From Candidatus Spongiisociaceae bacterium (GTDB lineage: Bacteria; Actinomycetota; Acidimicrobiia; Spongiisociales; Spongiisociaceae), in NCBI GenBank assembly GCA_965219685.1, contig CBDCOH010000002.1, positions 4,000,001-4,064,000 of the forward strand: a DNA stretch of 64,000 nt. Reading direction: 5' to 3'. Positions 7,660-17,163 of this stretch are shown here, piece by piece. Each line of letters opens with the position of its first letter. Position 1 is the first letter of the stretch. The notes beneath the pieces are model-generated. The model did no database searches, was not told the origin of the DNA, and saw nothing but the letters and a program-made list of their open reading frames with translations. Both the position numbers and the translations under genes were made by a program.

Positions 7660-8679
7660 TCACAGTACATCGAGGCTCTTGAGAACCGCGTCGGCCACCG
7701 CGTCGGCTGAACCCGGGTTCTGGGCGGTGATCAGGTTGCGGTCCACCACCACATGGGATGCCCAGGCGTTGCGCCCGTCGTCGAACACCGCTCCGGCGTT
7801 GCGCAGGGCGCTCTCCAGGTACCAGGAGAGACCTTGCTGACCGGGCCGGGTCTGGTCCTCCTCCTCGTCGGTGAAGGACGTCACCCGGTAGCCGTCGAAC
7901 AGCCACTGGCCGTCCATGTTGGCGGGTGCGGAAAGCAGGAAGGCAGGGCCGTGGCACACCGAGGCTATGGCGGCCTGCTTCTCGTGGAGGATGCCTATCA
8001 CCCGGGTCACGTCGGGGTTGTCGGCCATGTCCACCATGGGTCCGTGGCCACCCGGTACGAACACCGCGTCGAACTCGGCGATCTCCTCGTCCGTCATGGC
8101 CGAGAGGTTGGCCGGCGAGACGAAGTCGGGGAGCGCGTCGAGGGCGTCCTTGACACGCTGCGACTCGGCGCCGCTGTCTGCGATCACCTCGGAAAGGGCC
8201 GCCTCGAGCTCGGTCCGCGTGACAGATCCGGGGAGGTCCTGGGTCTCGAGTTCGTCGAGGAACTGGGTGTCGTTCCGCCAGGAGACGGAGGCGGCGCTCG
8301 AGATGAGCTTGCGGGCCTCGATCGGGCTCAGGCCGGCTTCCTTGAGCCGGTTGAACACCCGGAGCGCGGAGATCATGCCCAACTCCGTCAGGTGGTGGAG
8401 GGTCAGGCGGATGTCGTCCACGTCATGGGCGAAGGTCCGGGTGATGCTGTTGAGGAAGTCCTCGTCGTCATCCGGATAGTGGAAGATCTCCTCGAGCCCG
8501 TACGGGTCGGCGTAGGGGGAGCGGCCGTCCGGCGTGGCGACCACCACATCCACCCCCGCCTCGATGAAGCGCTCGTAGGGAGTGAGCGCCTCGTCGGCGA
8601 AGTAACCGGTCTCGTAGTCGGATCCGTCCGCGAGCTGCATCTCCCGCGCGCTCGACACTAGGAACAACAATCGTGGCAT
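7660..8679 (-). CDS. DJ-1/PfpI (type 1 glutamine amidotransferase-like) protein with internal insertion
   Basis: TGYFADEA, VATPDG, FVPGGHGPMVD, SVCHGP, LITAQNPGS; start at ATG 8679. Confidence 0.9.
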   Translation of the reverse strand: MPRLLFLVSSAREMQLADGSDYETGYFADEALTPYERFIEAGVDVVVATPDGRSPYADPYGLEEIFHYPDDDEDFLNSITRTFAHDVDDIRLTLHHLTELGMISALRVFNRLKEAGLSPIEARKLISSAASVSWRNDTQFLDELETQDLPGSVTRTELEAALSEVIADSGAESQRVKDALDALPDFVSPANLSAMTDEEIAEFDAVFVPGGHGPMVDMADNPDVTRVIGILHEKQAAIASVCHGPAFLLSAPANMDGQWLFDGYRVTSFTDEEEDQTRPGQQGLSWYLESALRNAGAVFDDGRNAWASHVVVDRNLITAQNPGSADAVADAVLKSLDVL

Positions 8680-9281
8680 GGCAGGCCTTCCTTCCGCTGC
8701 TACACCGGTCGGTTCGGTTACGTCTGGACAAGCTGCTGAGGTCAGCCACACCCGAAACGGCTGAGCGGGACCGGCACGGCGGAGGCTATCAGAAACCCGC
8801 CCGGACTGTCAGATTGCCGGGCCCTAAAACGCCACCGGCGGTCGATCAGCGCTACCCGCCACGACGCAGCCGATCGTGGCATGGGGAACCTCCCGACGAG
8901 GTGCGATGCCGGTCTTGGGGGCCGGTTGGTTTGAGACCGCAAGGAGGGGCCGGGCCGGGGGGCCTTTGCCGGCTCGGTTTGTGGAATGGCATCCTGGTCA
9001 TGTGTCTGCTGCCGGTGGCTCGCCGGTACGGAGTCCGGCTACCGCCCGGGACTAAGGTGGGATGCCCAGTGACCGGATTACGGATGCCTGCCGGAAGGCC
9101 ACATGTCGCGATTGAGGTACCGCGAAGCGTCACGCTGCTGAGACCGGTTCCCGCTTCGGTGTTGCTGGACGGGCTGGACGCTGTAGTGCGGCCGCGCGCG
9201 CTCGATCAACACGCAAGACGATTCTCGTTCCCCGCGGGAGTGCTTCGTTCCCGCCGGACACCGAGTCAAGGAGGGTAGGAG

Positions 9282-10025
9282 ATGAACCTGTCCAGGACAC
9301 TTCGTCGGGGGCTGCCGGGCATCGTTCTGATGGTGGTCGTCCTGTTCTCGGTCAACGCCTGCGGCGGGGAGCCTGCGCCGGATCCGGCCCCGGGCGTCGA
9401 CCTGGACGACGTGCTTTCCGGGGCGGGGGAGAACATGGCCGCCATGTCCACGTTGAAGTTCAACATGGTCGACGTGGAGGAGTCGGGAGCCAAATTCTTC
9501 GGGACCACCTTCAAGAGCATGGAAGCCGAGGTAGAGGCACCCGACAGCTTCAAGATGGTGGTGGACGTGGAGGCTCCGGGGTTCGGTTTCGTGGAGATCG
9601 AGATGCTGGCGGTAGGCGAGCAGGCCTTTCTGAAGTTCTCCAAGGACTCCCCATGGAACCCCCTCCCACCAGAGGAGGTGCCCTTCAACTTCGCAGGTTT
9701 GGGCCTGACCCTGCGGGATCTGCTCACCACCATCAGGGACGGCGCCGTCGTCACGGGCCGCGAGTCCTTGGGAGGCGTCGAGGCCATCGTGGTCGAGGCA
9801 GAGCTCTCGTCTGACGAGTTGCTGTCCCTCATCACCACCGCGGACCCCGGTCATGACGTGGACCTGACCTTGTGGATCGACGAAGCCGAGCACAACCTGC
9901 TCCGGCTGAGGATTGCGGGCCGGATCTACGACGACGACGCCCCGGAGACCGTCCGTCTTCTGAACATCGTGGGCATTGACGTTCCGGTGGACATCCAGAT
10001 CCCGGACGTCGGATCCGGGTCGTGA
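9282..10025 (+). CDS. LppX/LprAFG-family lipoprotein
   Basis: Signal peptide with lipobox VNAC; LolA-like beta-rich body, TLWID, C-terminal VPVDIQIP; overlaps the MFS gene. Confidence 0.75.
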   Translation: MNLSRTLRRGLPGIVLMVVVLFSVNACGGEPAPDPAPGVDLDDVLSGAGENMAAMSTLKFNMVDVEESGAKFFGTTFKSMEAEVEAPDSFKMVVDVEAPGFGFVEIEMLAVGEQAFLKFSKDSPWNPLPPEEVPFNFAGLGLTLRDLLTTIRDGAVVTGRESLGGVEAIVVEAELSSDELLSLITTADPGHDVDLTLWIDEAEHNLLRLRIAGRIYDDDAPETVRLLNIVGIDVPVDIQIPDVGSGS

Positions 10026-11497
10026 CCGGACTCAGGAACCGAGTCTCCTCACTGGGTTCTTCCGAATCGGTCGTGCTGGCCATCCTCTGCCTGGGGGTGT
10101 TCTCCACCGCCCTGGACCAGACCGTGGTGGTCGCCGCACTGCCCGGCGTGATGCTGGACCTGGAAATCCCGCTGACGGAGCTGGACAGGGCGTCCTGGAT
10201 CGTCACCGCCTACCTGGTCGCCTACACCGTGGCGATGCCTCTGGGGGGGCGCCTGTCCGACGTCCACGGCCGAGTCAGGATGTTCCAGGCGGCCTTGGTG
10301 GTGTTCTCCGTCGGGTCGGCGTTCGTGGCGCTGGCGCCGAACTTCGGTTGGATCGTCTCCGCCCGGGTGGTCCAGGCAATCGGGGGCGGCGCCACCGTCC
10401 CCATAGGCCTGGCGATGGCGGTGGCGGCCGTGTCAGCCCGGAGAAGGGGGATCGCCATCGGCCTGGTGGCTGCGGCGGCCGAGGCCGGGTCCGTCCTGGG
10501 CCCGCTCTACGGGGGCGCCATCATCGAGTTGCTCGGCTGGCGGTGGATCTTCTGGCTGGACATACCACAGAGCTTCATTCTCATCGCACTCCTGGCCCTC
10601 CTGCCGGACCGCGCCAACCCGGAGGCCAAGATGGACTACCTGGGGGCGATGGTGATGGGAGGAGCACTGATCTTCCTGACCGCCGGGCTGTCGCAGAGAA
10701 GCCTCTTCTCGGCGACGTCGGTCTACCCGTACCTGCTGGTTGCGACGGGAGCGCTGCTGGTCGGCGTGCTGGTACGGCTGGAGCGGCGGACGACGCAGCC
10801 TCTACTGGCGCCATTCCTGTACAGGTCGAGGGCGTTCCTCTCCTCCAACGGCACCCAGGTCCTGGTGGGAGTGGCCTTGATCATCGCCCTCGTCTCGGTG
10901 CCTCTGATGGCCGGCACGGTCCAGGAGAAGTCGGCCCTGGAGAGCGTGCTACAACTGCTGCGCCTGACCGCCGCCATTCCCGTGGGGGCGGTGGCGGGAG
11001 GCTATGTCCTTCGCTGGGCCGGCGTGCGGTCGGTGTGCATCACGGGCCTGGTGTTGATGGGAACGGGCCTCCTGTTCATGAGCACCTGGCAGACACAGGT
11101 TGCGGAGCCGAGGCTGACCCTGCCGTTGATATCGGCGGGTCTGGGGTTCGGGCTGGTCATACCCCCTATCGGCGTCAGCGCTCTGAGCGCGTCCCCCAGC
11201 AGCTATTGGGGCGCGGCGGCGTCATTGGTCACGGCGGCGCGCATGGTGGGGATGGCGTTGGGCCTCGCCGCCCTGTCCGCCTGGGGCATCGAGCGCTTCT
11301 ACAGCCTCACTGCGGACGTGGGCCTCGGCCCGTCGTTCGAAGAGACCGAGGCCGTCTTGATCGGAGCCGGCGTCACCGTGTTCCAGAACCTCTTCATGAT
11401 CACGGGTCTGCTTTCCCTCCTGGCCATCCTGCCTGCCCTGCTGATGAGAGAGGAAGAGGTGGAAGAAGGTAGCTACAGCGACGAGCCGGGCGCGTGA
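10022..11497 (+). CDS. 14-TM MFS transporter (P55/Rv1410c-like)
   Basis: ALDQTVVVAALP, WIVTAYLVAY..AMPLGGRLSDVHGR, GSVLGPLYGG, ARMVGM. Confidence 0.88.
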   Translation: MTGLRNRVSSLGSSESVVLAILCLGVFSTALDQTVVVAALPGVMLDLEIPLTELDRASWIVTAYLVAYTVAMPLGGRLSDVHGRVRMFQAALVVFSVGSAFVALAPNFGWIVSARVVQAIGGGATVPIGLAMAVAAVSARRRGIAIGLVAAAAEAGSVLGPLYGGAIIELLGWRWIFWLDIPQSFILIALLALLPDRANPEAKMDYLGAMVMGGALIFLTAGLSQRSLFSATSVYPYLLVATGALLVGVLVRLERRTTQPLLAPFLYRSRAFLSSNGTQVLVGVALIIALVSVPLMAGTVQEKSALESVLQLLRLTAAIPVGAVAGGYVLRWAGVRSVCITGLVLMGTGLLFMSTWQTQVAEPRLTLPLISAGLGFGLVIPPIGVSALSASPSSYWGAAASLVTAARMVGMALGLAALSAWGIERFYSLTADVGLGPSFEETEAVLIGAGVTVFQNLFMITGLLSLLAILPALLMREEEVEEGSYSDEPGA

Positions 11498-11654
11498 CCC
11501 GAGTTCTCATCGCCCGAGCGGGAGCCACGCGACCGGCCGGTCCCGGGGCTCTACACCCGCCGCGAAGAGCCGCTTCAGGTGTTGAAACCCCCATCCCCCG
11601 TTAGTACGCTGAGAGCAGAACTCACCGCAGGGACCGAGGATCGGAGCCATTGTT

Positions 11655-12032
11655 ATGAGACGGCTGAACGTGACCTTGCTGGCTGTTCTACTACTAGCGG
11701 CTTGTGGTGGACAGTCCGAGGAGGAGGCTCAGGCGGAGGCTATAGCCTCGAGGACGCCCCGAGGCACCGAGGACGCCCAGGCGGCCTTCGACAACTTCAT
11801 GGATCAGCCGTTCATCACCGACGAGCAGGTAGAGCAAAGCAGAGACCTGGTTTGGCGCGCCTGCGCCGCCCTGCAGGAAGGTGCCACCTGGCAGCAGGTC
11901 GAGGATCAGGAACTGGCCGCCATCGAGGCGCAGGGCAGAGCCTTGAGCCCCATAGAGATAAGCGGGATGCGTACCGCCGCCGGTCTCGGTCTAGCCGCCT
12001 ACTGCCCCCAGCATGAGGACAAAGCCCCGTAG
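11655..12032 (+). CDS. Small lipoprotein (DUF732-like)
   Basis: Lipobox LAAC; RACAAL..G and C-terminal AAYCPQH. Confidence 0.65.
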   Translation: MRRLNVTLLAVLLLAACGGQSEEEAQAEAIASRTPRGTEDAQAAFDNFMDQPFITDEQVEQSRDLVWRACAALQEGATWQQVEDQELAAIEAQGRALSPIEISGMRTAAGLGLAAYCPQHEDKAP

Positions 12033-12035
12033 GCT

Positions 12036-12083
12036 GGTGAGTGGTGAGTGGTGAGTGGTGAGTGGTGAGTGGTGAATGGTGAA
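12036..12083. repeat. Heptamer tandem array (GGTGAGT)n/(GGTGAAT)
   Basis: Read directly from the sequence; lies between convergent genes. Confidence 0.9.
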
Positions 12084-12127
12084 GTAGCAATCCCATAGGT
12101 TGACATCCCCTAACACCGAACACCTAG

Positions 12128-14164
12128 TCACCTCCAGGCCTCGAGTTCGCCTGCGCCTATATGGCGGTCTTCGAGCGACCCGAGTTCGCGACCGGCGACG
12201 AAGCCTTCGTAGATGGCGTGGTCGAGTGAGCGGGGCGCCACGCAGTCCCCGATCCTGCGCAGGCGCGCCGTCCGTCCCTTGAGTTCCTTGTAGAGACTGT
12301 CGTCGGCGACTCGACCCGTGACGAGCACCACGGTGTCGACGTCTCGAATCACCCGACGCTTCCCGGAGTACAGGTTGTACACCGACATTGAGTCGGGGGT
12401 GATCTCCGACACCCATGAGTTGAGGTGGTACCCGAGGCCCTTCGAGAACAGCCGCTGGTATACGAACGTGCGGTCGAGGGTGGTGACGGTTGCCGGGAAG
12501 AGGTCGGCGTTCGGGCTGATCAACTCGACGTGGGCGCCCCGATCGAGCAGTACCTCGGTGGTGCCGGCGGCGTAGCGGGACCCGTCTCCGTCCAGGACCA
12601 CGACCCGGTCCCCGGCTGGTCGTCCCTCGCCGAGGATTTCCCATGGCGTGACGACATGGGGGAGTTCCACGCCGGGAATCCGGCGTGTCAGAGGGGCTGC
12701 ATGGGAATACCCATCCCGTCCGGGCAGGGCTCCGGTGGCTATGACCACGCCGTGGGGGTCGTGCTGGTCCACCGTCTCGATGGTTGCTCTGGCACCGAGC
12801 CGGATCTCGACACCGAGCCGGCCGAGTTGGTTCCGCAGGTCGGTGACGAGCAACCCGAACGTATCCCGGCCCGGGGTCCGCATCGCCAGGTTCACCTGCC
12901 CTCCCAACCGGTCGGCGGCCTCGACGAGCGTTACCTCGTGGCCGGAGCGGGCCAGGCCTTCGGCGGCCTTCATTCCCGCCGGGCCACCTCCGACGACCAG
13001 CCAGCGGCGCCCCGTGCCGGTCGTCGCCACCCGGGGGCTCCCGAAACGGCCTTCCCGGCCGGTGGCCGGGTTGACGGTGCATCCGACCGCGAGGCCGCGG
13101 AAGACACGGGAGATACATCCCTGGTTGGCTCGGATGCAGTGGTACACCTCGTCCTCCCGCCCCTGCCGGACCTTGTCGGGGAACTCCGGGTCGGCGATCA
13201 TGGTCCGGGTCATCGCCACCATGTCGGCCTGGCCACTCCTTACGATCTCGTCAGCTTCGGCCGGATCGTTGAGGCCTCCGATCACGAAAGTGACCAGCCC
13301 GGGAACAGCCGCCTTGACCTCGGCGGCCATCCCCACCATGTGACCGCTCGGTACGTCGGACGGAGCGATCTCGAGACCCTTGTTGAACCCCGCGGCCGAC
13401 AGGCTCACGTAGTCCACCTGCCCGCTCTCCGCCATCGCGTCAACGACAACGATCGTGTCGGCGAGGTCGTGAGCCCCCGCGAGGAAGTCGGTCATGCCGA
13501 GCCGCACCCCGACGACGAAGTCGTGGCCCACCGCTGCCCGCACCGCATCGACGATCCTCATCGGAAGCCGGATGCGGTTCCCGATGGGACCTCCGTAGCC
13601 GTCCGTCCTCCGGTTGAACATCGAGGAGAGGAACTGGTGGATCAGGTAGCTGTGGGCGAAGTGGAGTTCCACGCCCTGGTAACCGCCCTCCCGGATGATC
13701 TCGGCCGACCATCGGTATGACTCGATCAACTCCTCGATGTCCTCGGGTTCCATCTCCTTGGCGATCTCGGACGGATGGGGAGACGGTATGGGTGACGGGC
13801 TCCACAGGACACGGGGGTCGTCGTTGGCGTCACTGGGCATCATCATGCCCACGTGGGCGAGCTGTCCGTATATGACGGCGCCGTGTTCCCTCACGGCCGT
13901 GGTGAGCCGCCGATCGTAGGGGATCCCTTCCCGCAGGTAGGCGAGAGTGGCGCCCCGCTGCGCCCCGGTGGGATGGACCGGGCGGCTTCCGGTGATCATC
14001 AGGCCGACCCCGCCCGCCGCCCTGGCCACCTTGTAGTCGTAGTCCCGCTGGGAGACGAGATTCCGGACCGAATATGCTTTGCCGTGAGCCGTCTGCATGA
14101 GGCGGTTGCGAACCGTCGTGTTGCCTATCTCGAGAGGGCTGAAGAGGTGCGGGTACCTGGACAT
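12128..14164 (-). CDS. Old yellow enzyme / FadH-TMADH family NADH:flavin oxidoreductase
   Basis: LFSPLEIG, NRRTDGYGG, CTVNP, VVGGGPAG, RIGDCVAPR. Confidence 0.92.
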   Translation of the reverse strand: MSRYPHLFSPLEIGNTTVRNRLMQTAHGKAYSVRNLVSQRDYDYKVARAAGGVGLMITGSRPVHPTGAQRGATLAYLREGIPYDRRLTTAVREHGAVIYGQLAHVGMMMPSDANDDPRVLWSPSPIPSPHPSEIAKEMEPEDIEELIESYRWSAEIIREGGYQGVELHFAHSYLIHQFLSSMFNRRTDGYGGPIGNRIRLPMRIVDAVRAAVGHDFVVGVRLGMTDFLAGAHDLADTIVVVDAMAESGQVDYVSLSAAGFNKGLEIAPSDVPSGHMVGMAAEVKAAVPGLVTFVIGGLNDPAEADEIVRSGQADMVAMTRTMIADPEFPDKVRQGREDEVYHCIRANQGCISRVFRGLAVGCTVNPATGREGRFGSPRVATTGTGRRWLVVGGGPAGMKAAEGLARSGHEVTLVEAADRLGGQVNLAMRTPGRDTFGLLVTDLRNQLGRLGVEIRLGARATIETVDQHDPHGVVIATGALPGRDGYSHAAPLTRRIPGVELPHVVTPWEILGEGRPAGDRVVVLDGDGSRYAAGTTEVLLDRGAHVELISPNADLFPATVTTLDRTFVYQRLFSKGLGYHLNSWVSEITPDSMSVYNLYSGKRRVIRDVDTVVLVTGRVADDSLYKELKGRTARLRRIGDCVAPRSLDHAIYEGFVAGRELGSLEDRHIGAGELEAWR

Positions 14165-14241
14165 GAATCCTCCCGTCAGGTGGCTGGCGCGCGTGCCTGC
14201 CCGGAAGCCTACCGAGGCCCGTACGCGGTCTCCCGGCCGGT

Positions 14242-15675
14242 GTGAGCACTGTGCGCCGGTTTGCCTGCGACGTCCTCGTGGCCGGGTCCGGCATCGGCGG
14301 GATGAGCGCCGCGGTCACGGCTGCCCGGGCGGGCGCGGAAGTGGTGGTCGTGGAGAAGGACCGCCGCATCGGAGGCAACGCGAAGTGGGCCGGCGGCTTC
14401 GACATCGAGTCGGACACCTACGAGGGGATGCGCGCCGGCAACCCGGAGGGTGATCCCGACCTGCAGCAGGCACTTGTCGACGACTTTCCGGTCGCTCTCG
14501 ACTGGCTCCGCTCGCTGGGAGTCGAGTTGATTCCCGACGCGGATGCGCCGGGCCGCTACAACTATTTCCCGCACCAGGGGCTGGGCGGGATCCGGCTGTT
14601 CTCGGTGCTCCGCCGGCAACTCGAGGAGCACGACGGCCGCCTCCTCCTCGGGACGGGTCTCAGGAGTCTGAGAACGGATGACCGTGGCGCGGTGGTCGGA
14701 GCGGTCTGCCAGAGCGATGGCACCCCGGTGGCGGCGGAGGCGCCGGCGACGGTGCTGGCAACCGGCAGCTTCAGCCGGAATACCGACATGAGGGTCCGGT
14801 ACTTCGGCGTCTATGGCGACCGCGGCAGTTACTACGGATCCCGGCATCACGACGGGGATGGCATCCTGGCGGCGCTGGACGTGGGAGCGTCGGTCAGCAG
14901 TGGCATCTCGGTCAGCACCGGTGGTTGCGTGTTCGCCCCGCCCTTCGATCCCCCGGACGACCGGCGCGAGTTCCTCGGCGGTGGGAGCGGTCTGACGCCG
15001 GAGCAACGCCGGATGCCGGAGCCGGTGCCCTCTGGGGTCCAGAGGCTGAGCCTGCGCCCTCCCATCTGGGGTGACGAGCCGTCGATCCTCGTGAACCTCG
15101 CGGGTGATCGCTTCGTAGACGAGTCCTCCCGTTACACGGTGATCGGATGGGCCACCGGCCGCCAGCGGGAGGGAGTGGGCTTCTGCATCTTCGACCGCCC
15201 CGTTTACGAGGACTTCGGCGAGACCATCGAGGTCGCTCGCGGACTGGGCGCCCGGATACTGAGTGCCGAGACCGCAGAGGACCTGGCCTCCGGGCTCGCC
15301 GGATGGCGCAGGACCCCCTCCTACAACGAGGGTGTGAACCCTCGACGCCTCCTGCGGACGCTGGCCGAGTACAACGCCTCCGCGCGAGGGCGCAAGCTCG
15401 ATGGTCTGTGGCCGCCGCGCAGGGAGGGAGGCCGTGCCATCGACCACCCACCCTTCTACGCGGCCCCGGTGGTCCAGGGGGTGGTGGACCCGGCGGGTGG
15501 TTTGCGGATCGACGCCGGCGCCCGCGTGCTCGACCGCGGCGGGCGGCCGATCAAGGGACTCTTCGCAGCGGGCGCCGACGCCGGCAGGGCCTACACGCGC
15601 GAGCACGGCGGTCTTGCATTCGGCCTGATCTTCGGGCGTCGCGCCGGAGCCAATGCGTTTGTTGCTAGTTGCTAG
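14242..15675 (+). CDS. FAD-binding oxidoreductase (flavocytochrome c/TcuA/3-ketosteroid dehydrogenase-like)
   Basis: DVLVAGSGIGG, VLATGSF, VNLAGDRFVDE, PPFYA, GGLRID, GLFAAG. Confidence 0.88.
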   Translation: MSTVRRFACDVLVAGSGIGGMSAAVTAARAGAEVVVVEKDRRIGGNAKWAGGFDIESDTYEGMRAGNPEGDPDLQQALVDDFPVALDWLRSLGVELIPDADAPGRYNYFPHQGLGGIRLFSVLRRQLEEHDGRLLLGTGLRSLRTDDRGAVVGAVCQSDGTPVAAEAPATVLATGSFSRNTDMRVRYFGVYGDRGSYYGSRHHDGDGILAALDVGASVSSGISVSTGGCVFAPPFDPPDDRREFLGGGSGLTPEQRRMPEPVPSGVQRLSLRPPIWGDEPSILVNLAGDRFVDESSRYTVIGWATGRQREGVGFCIFDRPVYEDFGETIEVARGLGARILSAETAEDLASGLAGWRRTPSYNEGVNPRRLLRTLAEYNASARGRKLDGLWPPRREGGRAIDHPPFYAAPVVQGVVDPAGGLRIDAGARVLDRGGRPIKGLFAAGADAGRAYTREHGGLAFGLIFGRRAGANAFVASC

Positions 15676-15738
15676 TTGCTAGTTGCCCGAAGCTATCAAC
15701 TATCAACTATCAACTACCGACTATCAACTACCGACTGG
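15661..15738. repeat. Heptamer arrays (GTTGCTA)n and (CTATCAA/CTACCGA)n overlapping both convergent stop codons
   Basis: Read directly from the sequence. Confidence 0.8.
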
Positions 15739-17009
15739 GACTGGGAATCCAGACCCTCGGGGGTCCGGGGTAAGAGCACCGTGACGGTCGTGGATTCCCC
15801 GGGCTCGGACATGGGTGTGATCTCACCTCCGTGCACCCTTACGATCTCGTGGGACAGCGACATTCCCAGCCCGCTGTGCCGGTTGCCCGCCTTGGTGGTG
15901 AAGAACGGGTTGAAGATCCTCGACAGGACTTCCGGGCTCATTCCCGCTCCGTTGTCCCGGACGGTGATGGCGGCGCCATCCTCGGTGCGCCGGGTCTTCA
16001 CCCTCAGCTCCGGTTCGTAGCTGTCACCGGATATGTCGGTCCGCTCGGCCATGGCGTGGCAGGAGTTGGTCACCAGGTTGGTGAAGAGGCGGGCCAGATC
16101 CTCCTCTACGGCGCGAATATCCCCCAGGTCGGGATCGGTGTCGAAAACTATAGTGGCGCTGAAGGCCGGGGTCTGGGCCTGCACCGCTCGATGGGCGAGG
16201 CGTGTCTGTTCCTTGACCAGGCGGTTCAGGTCGACAGCACCGAAGGTTCCGGTGCTTTTCCGTCCCATGGCCAGCATGTCCGAGATGATCCGGTCCGCCC
16301 TGTCCGTGTGTGTGACGATCCGTCCCATGTTCTCGCCTATGTCTCGGGTCAGCTCGTCCAGTACCTCGGGGTCGTTCACCTCCGGTTCGCTCGAAATCTC
16401 CCGGATCTCGTCGACCATGATCTGGGACGAACCGGCGAAGTTCCGGATGAACTGCAGGGGGTTACGGATCTCGTGGGCGACGCCGGCGGACAACTCTCCC
16501 AGTTCGGCCAGCTTCTGCTGGCTGATGATCCGGTCCTGGGCGTTCCTTAACTCGTCCAGAGTGTGTTCCAGGGTGGCGTTCTTCTCCTTCAGTTCGTCCG
16601 AGAGTTCCTGCACCAGATCGAGCTGCATCGCCCGGATGGAACTCTGCCGCAGTGTCTCGAGGGCCTCGCACGACTTCGATATCTCGTCGCGGCCCCGTGG
16701 TTCGATCCTGTATTCGAAGTCACCCATTCCCAGGCGTCGGATCCATGCCTCGATGGCGATGGTCCGGGTCCCGACGAACAGGAGAAGGCCCGTCTTGACC
16801 AGTGTCACCCCAAGAGCTGCTCCGACCAGGATTCGCAGGGTGGTGTCGGCGGTGGACGCAGCCTGGATGTTGATGGCTATCAGAACACCGATGACGACGA
16901 GGACCATCAGCAGGTACTGGACCGAGTAGCGCCTTATCGAGAACCTCGACATACCGAACGGATCGTTGGACTCCTGAGCTTCGTCGCGAATCGGGTTCTG
17001 TCCGGTCAT
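15714..17009 (-). CDS. Membrane sensor histidine kinase (HAMP + HisKA + HATPase)
   Basis: Two TM segments, GVAHEIRNPL H-box, NLVTNS, DNGAG, FNPFFTTK, GLGMS. Confidence 0.92.
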   Translation of the reverse strand: MTGQNPIRDEAQESNDPFGMSRFSIRRYSVQYLLMVLVVIGVLIAINIQAASTADTTLRILVGAALGVTLVKTGLLLFVGTRTIAIEAWIRRLGMGDFEYRIEPRGRDEISKSCEALETLRQSSIRAMQLDLVQELSDELKEKNATLEHTLDELRNAQDRIISQQKLAELGELSAGVAHEIRNPLQFIRNFAGSSQIMVDEIREISSEPEVNDPEVLDELTRDIGENMGRIVTHTDRADRIISDMLAMGRKSTGTFGAVDLNRLVKEQTRLAHRAVQAQTPAFSATIVFDTDPDLGDIRAVEEDLARLFTNLVTNSCHAMAERTDISGDSYEPELRVKTRRTEDGAAITVRDNGAGMSPEVLSRIFNPFFTTKAGNRHSGLGMSLSHEIVRVHGGEITPMSEPGESTTVTVLLPRTPEGLDSQSQSVVDSR

Positions 17010-17111
17010 TGGCTGGCCCTCCCGCGCGGCACTGGAGTGATTGTGCCACTTCAGGCGGGTAACGACCCCCGGCAGCAGGCGGACCGTCGAGTAAGCGGGA
17101 ACCCCGACGAA

Positions 17112-17140
17112 AGAGGCGGCCCGCCGGGCGAGCCGCCTCT
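17112..17140 (-). terminator. Intrinsic terminator-like hairpin downstream of cupin gene
   Basis: agaggcggc...gccgcctct inverted repeat. Confidence 0.6.
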
Positions 17141-17163
17141 CTTGTTCTTCGATGGTCGGTGGG

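Noticed and set aside
8680-9281. Named riboswitch or ncRNA in the operon leader
   Set aside because: I could not match any riboswitch consensus by eye.
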